The notes under the pieces: model-generated
Database searches by the model: none
Told to the model about the DNA's origin: nothing
What the model saw: only the letters and a program-made list of their open reading frames with translations
Shown here: piece after piece, positions 26,564 through 41,705 of the stretch
Layout: each line of letters starts with the position of its first letter
How positions within the stretch are numbered: position 1 is the stretch's first letter
Translations under genes and position numbers: made by a program
Source: the human T2T-CHM13v2.0 reference genome, Homo sapiens
Assembly (NCBI RefSeq): GCF_009914755.1
Contig: NC_060938.1
Direction: 5' to 3' (one strand)
DNA length: 64,000 bases

Positions 26564-27392
26564 AAGACATGCACTTTCAACATTCTGCCACATTGTCCTA
26601 CCCAAAGATTGTATTTCTACCAGCAACCTTAAATTCTTAGCAATTCAGGCTAGAATTACCATTAAAAATAATGTGTGACTTTTGATGGCAAAATAAAAAG
26701 AGTATCTACTGGCAGTGGTATACATCTGCCTGCATGCCAGCAATCAGAGAGTGCATTCTCTGTGAAGAACTTAAAAACAAGAACAAAACCTACTGAATTT
26801 AGTTTGTCTGCTTTTTATTAGCACCATATGTGAGCAATAGTAAACATCGCTGGTGATAAACACTCCTCAAAAACATGTTCTTTTGGTTTAAGCTCTAAAC
26901 AGTTTCTGTGGTTATTGCTGAACTTTAATAAGACAGATGTAACCTTAACATTAGTGCATCTTTATGACATCCTTTAATATAAATCGCATTCTGCATGGGA
27001 GTTAATCTGGAAACTCCCAGTGAATGTGGTTGCTCCCAGTACGGGACACTGGTGAAGCAGCTACTCAGGTGATTTTCAAGGTTAAGTTCACAATGGCTTG
27101 AAATCATTTGAATTTACTTGGGGCACATTCATATCCCCACCCTCTGTGGTACCACAGATGGTTGTGTTTAAACAGAAATATGAAATAAACAATGATTTGA
27201 AATACATGATGACAGCATGGTGATTGCAACGACAAAGAAAGAGAACTTGAATGACTTCATCCCATGTGACCCCTTGAAGTTTTAATTTATGTCCAAATTT
27301 AAAATGAAACAACATGCAAACTGGGAGGTGTTTTGAAAATACACATTTTAGTTTGTGCTCGAAATATTTTGTTGAATTTAAATATGATCTCT

Positions 27393-27718
27393 AGCCAGGT
27401 GCGGTGGCTCACGCCCGTAATGCCAGCACTTTGGGAGGCCAAGGCGGGCAGATCACGAGGTCAGGAAGTACGAGACCTACCTGGCCAACATGGTGAAGCC
27501 CCATCTCTACTAAAAATACAAGAATTAGCCGGGCATGGTGGCACACGCATGTAATCCTAGCTACTCAGGAGGCTGAGGCAGGAAAATTGCTTGAGCCCGG
27601 GAGGCGGAGATTGCAGTGAGCCGAGATCGCGCCACTAAACTCCAGCCTGGGTGACAAAGCGAGACTTTGTCTCAAAAAAAACAAAAACAAACAAACAAAC
27701 AAACAAACAAACAAAAAA
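27393..27718 (+). mobile_element. AluSg-like SINE with (AAAC)n tail
   Basis: Alu body with GATCACGAGGTCAGGA. Confidence 0.9.
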
Positions 27719-27723
27719 CTCTA

Positions 27724-28012
<289 letters not shown>

Positions 28013-28163
28013 TATATATATATATGATCTCTAAGATTGAAGTTTGTTCTTCTTTTAAAATGATTGGTAGTTTAAAGACTAAAGAGCTAGTCAAGAAAAT
28101 GAAACATCACTGAACAGTTATTAATTACTGAATAATTATTTTCATGAAATACTATTATATCAC

Positions 28164-28836
28164 TGCCATGATCTGAAAGTATGTGTCCCCCTAAAATTCA
28201 TATGTTGAGATTCTTACTCCCAAGGTGATAGTATTAGGAGGTGGAGCCTTTGGGAGGTGATTAGGTCGGAGAATGGAGCCCTCATGGGGGACTGGCGCCC
28301 TTGTTAGAGAAAATCCAGAGAGCTGCCTTGCCCCTTCCATTGGTGAGTACACAGAGAGAAGACAACCTCTTCGAATGATGAAGAGAGCCCCCTCACCAGA
28401 CACCAAATTTAGCAGCACTTTGATTTTGGAATTCCCAGCCTCCAGACCTTGAGAAATAAACATTTGTTGTTCATAACTAATCCAGTATTTTTTTTTTTTT
28501 TGAGATGGAGTCCCACTCTGTGGCCCAGGCTGGAGTGCAGTGGCATGCTCAGCTCACTGCAACCTCCGCCTCCTGGGTTCAAGTGACTCTCTTGCCTCAG
28601 CTTCCCGAGTAGCAGGGATTACAGGTGCAAACCACCATGCCCGGCTAATTTTTTTTTTTTTTTGTATTTTTAGAATAGACAGAGTTTTGCCATGTTGGCC
28701 AGGCTGGTCTCGAACTCCTGACCTCAGGTGATCTGCCTGCCTTGGCCTCCCAAAGTGCTGGGATTACAGGCGTGAGCCACCGGGCTCAGCCCCAGTCTAT
28801 GGTATTTTGTCATAGCAGTCCAAACAGACTAAGACA
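28164..28836 (+). mobile_element. MLT1A0-like LTR split by an Alu
   Basis: TGCCATGATCTGAA...GACTAAGACA; TSD ATCAC/ATCAG. Confidence 0.88.
28488..28791 (-). mobile_element. AluSx-like SINE
   Basis: Poly-T plus Alu body with CCTCAGGTGATC. Confidence 0.9.
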
Positions 28837-29085
28837 ATCAGACTATAAACAACTGTTGAATATTTAGTTGAGCTTTTTTATGTGTGCCATAACCATTATT
28901 TTATTTTTAAAATCTTTAAACCTATATATTCTATATACAAAGTTTAATAAAGAATGTTTTCAATGACTACATTTCTCTTCTGGCCATTGTTATTATTTGT
29001 TTCATTTCATGATTGTTACAGAAAATACAATATATTGTTGCCATATAGAGAGGAGGGCAGTAGTTAATGAATGATCTGTTCCAGG

Positions 29086-29248
29086 CAGGACTGGCTATAT
29101 AATTTCAAGGTCCTAGTCCAGGGCCTCTTGTTCAAAAATGAGGAAGAATTTCAAGATGGCAACAGTCGAGCACTAAACCAAGTAGGGGTGCCTTTGAGCA
29201 TGGGCCCTCTGCAACTCGACAGATCACACACCCAGACAGCTGGCCTTG
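29086..29248 (-). mobile_element. MER45A-like hAT-Tip100 DNA transposon
   Basis: CTTGTTCAAAAAT...AATTTCAAGATGGCAACAG...CACTAAACCAAG...GGGCCCT matches the MER45A layout. Confidence 0.75.
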
Positions 29249-30984
29249 ACTCTGAGTGCCCAGTATTCAGGGAATGCCACTGTCCCCTGGTTGGTTTCCT
29301 TTCTTGACTCCAGGTGGGGCTGTCATATCAGCAGCCCCTCCACCCTAACGGTCAGCAAAGAGCTGCTGCTCAGCACGATGGCTCCAAAGCCCCTCAGATT
29401 CTCCATCATTGCCGACAGGTAAAATCAGATCCAATTCCCCAAGCCACACCAAAGCACCAAGACAACGATGAACTCAGAAAAGTTTGCGTCCCAGAACTGC
29501 CCCCTCCTAGATCTTTTTTAAAAAAATCATTTGACCAAATGAGTAGTTTTAACTGTACCCTGGAAAAACGAACTCTTGTTCTCTTGTCTGGGGTCTCTCT
29601 GGGGCTGAGTTTTATGCTGAATCTGTGCCGAATACTGGGAGGTAAAGTTGGCCTACTTACCTCCTCCCACACCACTGCAGGAACATCCTCAAGATGGCTT
29701 GGGAATCACAAAATTGCAACTATTTGAAGATGAAGGGACGGTGATCAGGGTTGCTTATCTTTACTCAAGTGCATATTAGGCTCCATGTCCCAGACAAAGG
29801 AGAAAAGCAAGGACCAAGAAGCCCTGTCCAGCCCTGCAGGGCTAAGAGGGCTACTTACACAGCGGGCAGAGCAGCCCAGTCCAGGAGCAAGCCCTGATTT
29901 GCTGAGTGGGAGAGGCTGTGAGACAGCGAGCATCCCATGTCCTTGATACTCCCGTCTATAAAAGGAGCATCTATAAAACGCTCCACACCTGATAGGCTGC
30001 TAGTAAGAAATAACTAATAAAAACCCACTTGGGATGCTTAGAGTGCCTTCGACACAAACTCAAACCATACAAAGGGATGTGCTTCTAGGGTTTTCTTGTG
30101 GAGGCTGGGAGTAAATGACCCACAGCCTTTGCAAAGAGGCTGTCAGAATATTTGAGGCAAGAGTCTTGTTTTCATTCACTGACGAAAAGGGATCCACTCC
30201 TTGAAGCGAAGAATCCCCGATGTGCTGGATCAATGGCTGCTAACGTGCCTGTTTGGAGCTGGTAGGAAGTTTAAAAGGGATTTCAAAGATTTGTAATTGT
30301 AATTTAAGATAAGCCAGTGAAGCAAATGAAGCTGACATTTAACTCTGAGTGGCGGACTGTGAATTGTGGTCTCCACATGCACACAGACCCCTAGCACACT
30401 CCTTCTCTGCATGACACAGTGAGGGTGGAGCTCCTCTCTGGATCTGTGCACCAGGCCTGGGCTAGCTGTGTCCTGCCTCACAGGTGGCAGAGACTGCCAC
30501 TCAGATATGGGCCTGGCTCTAAGCCCGGTGTTCCTCTGGTATCTGGGTGAATTTGCTCCTGCAAAGGAGGAAACTGGGGTGCTGATTTCTGGAATGTCTG
30601 CTCCAGGTCAAGAGGTAGGCTTGCAGTGGAAGTCCTTACAGACAAGTAAAGGTGGTGTGATTTCAGGATCCTTTCTCAATGAAGTTCATAGCATGGTTCA
30701 GTAGGACTAAATTCTGACCATATCAACGACACTGAGATCTTGGGCAAGTTCCCTTCTGAGCTTCATGTTCCTTGTCTGTAAGATGAGTGTAATCACTATC
30801 TACTGCAACACTCGGTGCTAAGTGCTTAATAATGGTTAGACGAAAAATGACACATTTTTTCACTTAAAACTAAGGCAGAGGGAATGTAATGAATGCCACT
30901 GAACTGTACACTTAAAAATGATCAAAATGGTAAATTTTATGTATGTTACTACAATAAAATATTTTTTAATTAAAAAATGTATAA

Positions 30985-32700
30985 GGACTTATATTTGAAC
31001 CATGATGAAGTAATAGGGATTGGATTTACTCTCCTGCCTTAAACAACTAGACAAAACATATGAAACAATACCTTTCAGATATTAGAAAACAGATAATACA
31101 GAAAGTAATCCCCAGGGGAAGGGAAACAGGGGAAGTAATTTTCAGGCTACAGAACAGGGAGGGAGAACCCAAAGAGAGCTTGATGGTCTTCCTGAGTTGA
31201 CGAGACAGAGTTGAGAATTTGAGAAGGCCAAGGAAGCTAGAATTTACAAGGCAGGATGCCTTAGAGAAGAGCACTGCACAGAGAAGAAAGAGCTACACAG
31301 AGAGAAAGTTCTGAAGATCTGCAGAGGGTTCCCCTTGATTGGCTACTGACCAGTGCAAGTGCATGCATGTGAGAAAACTACCCGAGCAGGAAAAAGAACC
31401 AACAAAAAGGAGCAAGCTGAATAATCCCTGGGACTCACTCGGGCTAGGAATAGTTCATGTTCCCACCAGCCGGAATAGAAAAACGTCATAATATACAAAA
31501 TATACAGAAGGGTATTGTTTCAATAATAAGAAAACTTTATCCCTAAAGTCTGCTCTGGTCCCACCTAAGAAAGCTCAAAAGCAAGCCTCAAAAGGATTGA
31601 AGAAATTTAGCTGCCTACCAGAACAAATGTCAAGAATATTTGAAGGGAAACAAAAATATCCAGCATCCAACAACACAGCACCTAGTATTCAGTAAAAAAA
31701 AATTACCAGGCGTGCAAAGAAGCAGGAAAACATGCCCCAAATGAAGAGAAAAATTGATCAGTAGAAACAGACTCAGACATGACACAGATAATATAATTAG
31801 TAGAAAAGGACATTAAGCCAGTTATTATAATTGTTTTCCATATGCTCAAGAAGGTGGGCAAAAGCATGAGCATGCTGAAGAGAGACACAGAAAACATTAA
31901 AACAAGAACCAAATAAAACAACTAGAGATGAAAAAGATAATGTCTGCAATAAAAATACACTGCACAGGATTAACAACAGATTAAACATTGCAGAAAAATG
32001 CTAATAAACTTAAAGACAGCAATTGAAACTATCCAAAGTGAAACAGAGAGAAAAATGACGCCCCAAAACGAGCAAAGCGATCAGTGAGCTATGGAACAAC
32101 TTCAAGCAGCCTAATATATATGTAACTGGAGCCCCTGAAGAAGAATGAGTAGGAACAGAAAAAATATTTGCAGAAGTAATGGCCAAAACTTTTGCAAATT
32201 TGAAGAAAACTATAAATTCAGGCTTAAGAAGCCTAGGAAATTCCAGGCACGAAAATCAGGAAGAAAATGATACCAAGGCACATGAAAAATTGAATTGCCT
32301 AAAACTAGTAGTAAAGAGAAAATCTTAAAAGCAGTCGGGGTAGGGGGAGGAAGTACACTTTACATACAGAGGGGCAAAAGAAAGGATGACAGCAGATTTC
32401 TCACCAGAAATAGTGTTAGGTTAGAAGACAAGACAGATGTGTCTTTAAAATCCTGAAATAAAAAAAGCTGTCAACCTAGAATTCTATACCTAGCAGAAGT
32501 ATCTTTCAAAAGTGAAAGCTGACAAACTAAAAGCTGAATGAATTCATCTCCAGCAAACCCGCACTACAAGAAATATTAAAGTCCTTTGCACTGAAGAAAA
32601 ATGATACTAGATGGAAACACCAAGAAATAAAGAGCATTAGAAATGTTATCTGTCTGAACAAATATAAAAGACCTTATCCTTTACTTTAAAAATAACTTTA
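30985..32700 (+). mobile_element. Old L1M (L1MD/ME-like) 5' UTR-ORF1 remnant
   Basis: A-rich ORF1-like sequence (AAAATCTTAAAAGCAG, GACAGCAGATTTCTCACCAGAAA, TGTCAACCTAGAATTCTATACC). Confidence 0.8.
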
Positions 32701-34224
32701 AACACTAAAGCAGAGGATCTCTTTCTCCTGCCATTTAAATTGTCTATTTTCTGGAGTAGAGAATTCACAGAACTGTGAATCCATGATGTGAAATTTCAGC
32801 TTCTTGCAAATGACTGAAGGCAATTATTTACCTCTCTAGAACTCAGTTCCCCTCACTTGTCAACAGGGGACAAGATGATAAGCTAATGAATAACACAATC
32901 CTTTGTAAAATTAAAAGCAGCATATAAACATCACTGGTCTTCCTTTAATTTTGCAGTCCCTTCCAAGAAAACAGCTTCGCATGGTGATGTTGAGGCCTGC
33001 CCAGCTGGTGCTGATGCTAAGATCTGCTTCCCAGGCAGCAGGCCTGTGCCTCCATTTACCCTCAAAGGAGAATCTCCCTCCCTCCTTAGGGGTTGGGGAG
33101 ATGCCCTGAGAACACACTTTCCCTTTCAATATAATCCCTTATTCTGGTGCCCCTCACCCAATACTCCTGCAAAACCTAGCAGTGCCTCAGTTGTTCTTGC
33201 TAGCCTTGCCCAGTGAGGGATTTGGGCTCATGGAATAACATTCTTTTCTGGCTGGGCACGAAGCAAGAAGTTGAGCCTCATTCAGAGTGGCAGCAGGCCA
33301 GGCCTTCTTGCCTGTTGGCTCTTCCTGTTTGCTCAGGCCAAGGCAGCACTGGGGTGACCCACACCGAGGGCCGCACCAGTGGGCAAAGGGCCAGGCCCAA
33401 GTTTGAGGTTTAGGGGTGGTGAGTCATGCTGGAGTCATGGCCTGGGCTGGGAGAGGCACCGCCACTCCAGCAGACTGCTCAGAACTCTGTCCCTCCAGCT
33501 TTCCTTTCAACAAATATCTTCTGGGTACCCACTTGTATACCCGACTCAGAGTCAGGTGCTTTCTATACATTGTTGAATTTCTTCTTTAAAATGGCCTGTG
33601 AGATTGGTCTTTATATTCCCATTTCACAGGTGTGGAAACTGAGGCTCAGAAGGGTGAAATTGTAGGTCCAAGTGCACACAGCCAACTGCAGACACAGCTG
33701 GATTCAAGCCCTTTTTGAACCTGTATGTCACTCTTCCTGCACGACCTGGATGTTTGCATACTCACAGGGCACAGGGGACTAAGGTGGCTTTGGAAGCAGA
33801 AGCGGGAGAGTAACAACAGCTAACATTTATAGAAGGGCTACCATGTGCCAGCCACTGTGCAAACTCCTCACAAGAATGGTCTCATTTCATCCTCGAAGGG
33901 ACCCTGAGAACTAAATACTAGTATTTTCCTTATTTCTCTTGTGCAGCATTGCATAGTGTGCAAGGGGTGGACTGGGCTTTGCAGTAGATCCAATACTTTG
34001 TCCCAAAGAGACCACGGATCTTATGTTGGTTCCCCCAGGAATGAACCTGGAGACGGTGTAGTTTAATTGGGAGGGGATCCCAGGAAGCACTGAGTTGGGG
34101 AAGGTGGGTAGGTGGAGAAACAGGAAAGTGCAGGAAGCATGTAAAAGGTATGATGTGGAACAGGTTGCTACTATGGGCAATGGGGTCTTTATTCCTCCTG
34201 GAACCTTTGGAAAACAGCATGGGG

Positions 34225-34393
34225 CAGTGCTTCTCAAAGCTGAACACGCACTCGAAGCTCCTGGGATGCTGTTAACATGCAGACTCTGATCCAGAAGCTC
34301 AGGGTGGGGCCCAAGACTCTGCATGTCTAACAAACTCCTAGTGATGTCAGTGCTGCTGGTCCCTGGACCACACTTTGAGTAGCAGGGTTGTAG
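34225..34393 (-). mobile_element. MER5A hAT-Charlie element
   Basis: CAGTGCTTCTCAAAG...GGGTGGGGCCCAAG...GGACCACACTTTGAGTAGCA. Confidence 0.85.
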
Positions 34394-36029
34394 CACATAT
34401 CTCAGAAGTGTTTCACTAGAAGGTGGAGGGGGCTGGGATTATGAAACTCCAGCTTCCATCTCTCCTTGGCTGAAGGCTGCGGGGAGTGGGGCTTCTCTGC
34501 TCTCCTGGCCCACCTGGGAAAGGCCTTTAGGTAGCCTGCTGTGTGGTGGGCAGTCCTTTGGCAGGTATTGCAATGTGAATGCCAGCGGGCCTGGGAGGAC
34601 ACTGACAGCTTCGACTCCACTGTGGGATTGCCCTGCGTGCACTGTCCTTCCAGCTCACAGGACTCCCGCCTGCCCCTCGGTGGGAGGGAAGCCTAGGTGT
34701 GCCCACGGGCATGTGCTGAGAGCAGCTGAGCCAGTCAGGAATAGCCACTCCTCAGCAGGGGTCCCAGGCAGTAACCACAAAAAAAACCTCTGGGCTGCTC
34801 CTAGAGCTAGTCTGGACCTCCGGATTCCTGAGTGGGGCTCCTCCCCATTCCTGCAACCACTCTTGAACACAGAAGTTGGGGGGCAGCTTTAAAAACACTC
34901 CAGTCATCAGTGGGGGTCTTGGCAGGGACTCAGCCAGAATCCGTGGACATAGACCTGTGGGGCTTTGTGTTCTTGTTTGGCCTGGCCTGGTGTGATCCCG
35001 GGAATGCGTCACGGAGGCTCCTCCCCACAGCGCGGGGCTCCTGAGGAAGGTGGCAAAACATCTTTCTGGCTCGAGACCTGCTCATTGGTCAGGGCACAGT
35101 CCTGGTCCCTTGGCAGACATCAAGAATCTCCCAGGCCCAGGGAGTGATGGCATGAAGTCTCTGCAAATGAAGGGGCTCAGGCAGCAGAACAGTGGCCGCC
35201 TCAGCCAACACTGGGCAGTAGGTGGGGCAGGGCTAAGCCTGCAGGTGAGAGAGAGCCTGGGACCTGTGTGGAGAGCTTCTCAGGGACAGGCCAGGAGGCA
35301 GGGATGACAGCTGGGGTGGAGCCTCCCTCACTGCCTCCTGGCCTTTAAAAGATGACTCGGCGGCTTTTCTTTAGGTGTGCCCCCAAACACCTGGGTTCAA
35401 GTCTTAGCTCTGCCACATAATAGCTATGACGCCTCAGGCAAATTATTTCACCTGTTACATCTCAACATCATCATCTGTCCAATGGGAATAGTCATCCTCC
35501 CATCACAGGTCATGAATGAGACAACACTGGCGTAGCACTTCATACAGGCTGCGCTTTGTGGTAAATGCTCAACAAGTGGGCGTTGTTCTCATGGAATAAT
35601 GGGATACTCTTTTTCTTCCCACTGTATTTACTTTTCAACTCAGGGGACGGGGTTCTTTAGTAAAGTGGATAAAGTGCCAGACTGCTAGCTTACTAGAGCA
35701 TAGGAGCTCTGCTCTGAGAAGAGGTCAATATTAACAGAAGAACGATGTGTTTGTCATGTAAATGCGCTACCGGGAAGAAGCCGGGACACCTAAGAAAGCC
35801 AGAGTAGGATGTGGAAATTCTGGAATGGAGCCTGCGTCCTGGAGGGTCAGCTTTGAAGCAGGGAAAGAGAAGAGCAAGAGGAGACCACAGAGAACAGGGG
35901 GGCTCCAGGATGCCCACTGGAGGGGCCTCTGTGTGACCAGCAAGGTGAGTTGACAGCAAAGGTAAACAATGTTTAGCATTCTCTCTGGGCTCTGTGCATA
36001 TGGGTGCCCCGGATCAGGAGCCAAGCCAC

Positions 36030-36226
36030 TGGGGTTCAAACCCCAGCTCCTCCCTTAACATCTGTGTTTTCTTGGGCAAATTACTCAGACTCTCTGTGCC
36101 TCAGTCCCGTCATCTGTAAAACGAGGATAATAAAATTAGCTGCCTCGCAAGTTTGAAGAGAGATGAAGCAGGTTCATATCTGTAAAGTGCTTGCCACAAG
36201 CCCTGGCATACAGCCAATGCTCAACA
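36030..36226 (+). mobile_element. MIR (another copy at ~35390-35580)
   Basis: GGGTTCAAACCCCAGCTC...TGTGCCTCAGT...CATCTGTAAAACGAGGATAATAA. Confidence 0.8.
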
Positions 36227-36228
36227 TA

Positions 36229-37779
<1,551 letters not shown>

Positions 37780-39278
37780 TAGGTATGCTCTGTGACTGAT
37801 TTTTCTTGACAGCCTTTGAAACCTCGATTGATCTCTGTTCCTCTTGTGCCTCAAATCTTTCATCTGCCACAAATGTCCCCCTACCCAGGTGAGGGAGAGT
37901 TCAGCAAACAGGAGGTATCATTGCTTACCATCTTTTACTCCAGGACCTGAGATTTCCTTGTCCCTATGTTTGTAAAAAGAGGGCTCCTACCAATGGCAGG
38001 AACACTAGGTGCAGAGTGGAGAGTCCAGCAGATGGAGTTGGGCCCTCCAATAACCCCCTTTCTCTGCTCCCACTGGAGGAATTCCACAGAAACAGGAGGA
38101 AGACTCGGTCACCCTGTGACCCCACTCCGCATAGGAACCCATGAACAGTCCCAGATGGGAGCAACACATAATGTTAATCAAGATGCTGGGAGTGAAACTG
38201 AGTTATTTGCAAAGCTCCTGGAGCAGTCCTGTATTTACTACAAATGCAGAAAGGAGTGATGTAAGATGACTAGCGTGGGTTCCTGCAGAACTGCCTGCTT
38301 CCACATGTAGCAGAGACATGAAACAATTATAGAGAAGATGCAGGCTAACGTGCTCCTGTATCCACTCTCAGCTCTCCATCAGTTAAGGTGAATGTCTCTG
38401 CCTTTTTACATTTATCCCGCCTTCCCCCACATGCCTGAAACACATGTCAGGTGGCCGGGGATTGTACTTGTTTTGAGTTTGTTTGTTTGATTGTTAAAGA
38501 CAAGGCTTCTGGTATAATTATCCTTCCCTCCCATCTCCCAGAACGTTCTTGCTTTGGGTCTTTTGTGTTCATTTCAATGTGTTGATTCAGACCTTGCTTG
38601 CTTTCAAAAGAGATGTGAGGTATCTCACTGTCGCACTAACATTGATGAAGCAAAAGAGAAGCACAAAATGTAAAGAAAGGAAAGGAGGAAAAAAGCTCCC
38701 AAGAACTCTTGGCTGAGAAAAGTGATAGTAGTGACACACCCCAACTTCCTAGCATTGTGAGAAAAATGGGAAGCCTGATATTCCACCTCTCTGTCACTGT
38801 AGACCATCGTCATGGGAAAAAGTGAACCAAAACCCAAACTGATTGTTGGCTCTGAGCTTTGAGAAGATTTTGTCACGTGTCACGGGGACTTTGGCTCAGG
38901 GTCCTTGAGTAACATCATAAAAAATATCCTCAAATGTACTTATCAAATGCAGAAGGGCTTTTTTTATTGACTATGTCTTATACCAGTTCTCAAAACAACC
39001 AACTGCGTACTAAAGCAGGTTTCCTTAAAGGAGTTTAGGAGTCTACCTTATAATAAATAAAGCCAAAAAATTAAATACATTTTATATAAAAAGTTTGTTC
39101 ATAATATAATATTGTGATTAGTACTTATGGATGACAGCAGGTTACCCCAAAACTTTAAGATAAAGTTTCTTTTCAGGAGTAAAATTAGGAAGAGTTTGCC
39201 CATAATGGCAGCAAGATTAGCCACCCATTAAACAGCCTGAGTTGACACCCATAAGACAATCCAAGAGTTATTGGTGGT

Positions 39279-39713
39279 TGAATTAATTTGCTAGAGCTTT
39301 CATAAGTAAGTACCACAAAAGGAGTAGCTTAAACAATGGAAAGCTATTGTCTTGCAGTTCTGGAGGTCAGAGGTCGAAGGTCAAGGTGACTGCAGGGCCA
39401 CACTCACTCTGACGGGGTTATGGAAGGATCTATTCCAGGCCTCTCACCTAGTTTCTGGTAGTCCCTTAGATTCTGGCAACATAACTCCAGTCTCCACATG
39501 GTATTCTCCCTGTGAGTCTGTGTCCACATATCTCCTTTTAATAAAGACACCAGACATATTGGATAAGAGCCCAAACTACTCCAATATGACCTCATCTTAA
39601 CTAATTACATCTGCAACAATTGTATTCCCAAATAAGGTCACATTCGGAGGCACTGGGGGCTGCGATCTTAACATATAAATTTTTGGGAAAGGGACACAAT
39701 TCAATCCAAAACA
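39279..39713 (-). mobile_element. MLT1B/C-like MaLR LTR
   Basis: Ends GGGACACAATTCAATCCAAAACA; TSD GTGGT/GTGGC. Confidence 0.85.
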
Positions 39714-40040
39714 GTGGCCAAAGACATGGGTGAAGCCGAAAACCAAGTCATAGGGACCAGGAAATACTCTCGGGTGGGGGGAAAAGTTGCCATGTTCCTG
39801 AGCCAAAACCCAATCACATGTCTTGTGTCCAGGCTGAAGGAAAACCTTATAATCAGAACAGCAAGAGTCCCCCTACAGCCTGGTGGAGAAGGGAAGCCAA
39901 AGAACAAGAATGTGTTTCCCCAGCCCTGCCAAGAGGGAGTCCACACACCAGGGGAATCCGGACACTCTGTCCTCTGGGGGACTCAGCTGCCAGGCAGGGA
40001 GCTTCCATGGCTTTGATAAAATCCCTCTGGACATCTTCTG

Positions 40041-40451
40041 GTTTCCAATTTTGAACTCACCAAACTCATTAATTCACCTTCTCAAGGACCCTAATACTGA
40101 AAACCACCATGTTGCACACTTCATATCATAGTATTCCTACTGCTGTTAGAACAAAATCCAAACCCCTTCTCATGGAGCCTGGAAGGTCCTATGTAATCTA
40201 CTCTCCAACTTCATCTCCTAGGACTTTTTCTCTTCTCTTCTGAGCTCCAATCCCATTATTCTTCCTCTAAGTTAATTATTACCTTAAAGCCTTTGCGCTT
40301 GCTAAGTCCTGTGTCCAGAATTCTTTACCCCTAGGTAGTCATAAAGCTGATACTTTTTGTTTCTAATTTTGAACTCACTAAACTCGTTAATTCACCTGCT
40401 CGGCGACTCTAATACTGAGAACCACCATGTTGCACATGTCACATCACAGTA
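40041..40451 (+). repeat. 93-bp ungapped direct repeat (40041-40133 and 40359-40451) flanking a 225-bp L2-like spacer
   Basis: Manual alignment gives 80/93 identical. Confidence 0.92.
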
Positions 40452-41079
40452 GGCTTGGTATAGATGCTGTCCCTGGCATTGCACAATGTACACCCTGCAT
40501 GACCTACAATGTGGACCTAGGGTCAGGGTTCCTTGGACTGCAGAAGGAGCACACAGTCCCTGAAAAGGACTCTCTCTGTTTTAAACGAACCCTTTGGCAA
40601 TCTGGTTTATTCATCAGTCTTTTATGCCTTTGGTTAATGGTAATCTGCTCTGCCTCACTCAACTTTTGAGAGGAACTGCCAAATCTAGAGACCAGTTCCT
40701 TGGAGATCCTAATTCAGAGAATAGATGGGAAAAAGCAAAGAGGACAGGAAGACTCTAGAAAGGGGGATACAGCAGTGGAACTGGTGGAACAGGTGGAGAG
40801 GAGAGAAATGTGGCATGAGCTGGAGGTAGAGAGATCGTTTGCATGTACTTGGCAGCAGGGGCAGGGAGTAGCACATTAAAGGCTTCAAAACAGCACTGGG
40901 TGCCAGAAAATTGGAAGAGGAAAGGTGATATAAGAAGCTTTCATGATGCTTCGGATTTTGTTTATTATTTTAAAAGAGATACAAGTTAAGGATTGGAATT
41001 CCTGGGTGTTGCTCACTTTTTGTTGTTGAATTACTTTTGGCTATTTGACGGAACTCCTTTGAAAGTGATTCCACATAGC

Positions 41080-41395
41080 ACAGGGTAGCCAAGAAAAGAG
41101 TCACATATGCAATTTTAAATTTTCTAGCAGCCATTTTTTTAAAGTAAAAAAGAAACAGGTAGCATTAATTTATTTAAATATCTTTTATTTAACATAACAG
41201 ATCCAAAATGTTATTTCAATATATCATCACGACTTTTAAAAGGTATCAATGAATATTTTACATTCTCGTTTTCATAGTAAGCCTTTGAAATCCAGGATCA
41301 ATTTCATGCTCACAGCACATCTCAATTTGGACTCCACATTTCAACTGCTGTATAAAAGCCACGTATGGCTAGTGGCTGTTATATTGATCAGCATC
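41080..41395. mobile_element. MER33-like hAT-Charlie element
   Basis: ACAGCACATCTCAATTTGGACT...GCCACGTATGGCTAGTGGCTGTTATATTGATCAGCA. Confidence 0.8.
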
Positions 41396-41449
41396 ATCAC
41401 AGATACAGGGGCTGGGCTATGTAGTTCTGGGATTCTGAAGGTGAAATAA

Positions 41450-41705
41450 TAATAATAGCCATAATAATAACAACAGGCATTTATTGAGCCTCTTAGATAT
41501 GCCAAATGTTATATTAATTCCCTTTCTCATGCATCATTTCATTTAATCCTCTTAACAACCTACATTTTGGGCACTATTATCATCCCATTCTACAGATGCA
41601 GAAACAGAGCCTCAGAGAGGGTGAGTGCTTTGCCCAAGGTCACACAGCTGGTAAGCAGCAAAGCTAGGACTAGAAAACCAGTCTGTCTGTCACTAACCAC
41701 TGCCT
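41450..41705 (-). mobile_element. MIR
   Basis: CATTTATTGAGCC...CCCATTCTACAGATGCAGAAACAGAGCCTCAGAGAGG...TTGCCCAAGGTCACACAGC. Confidence 0.85.
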
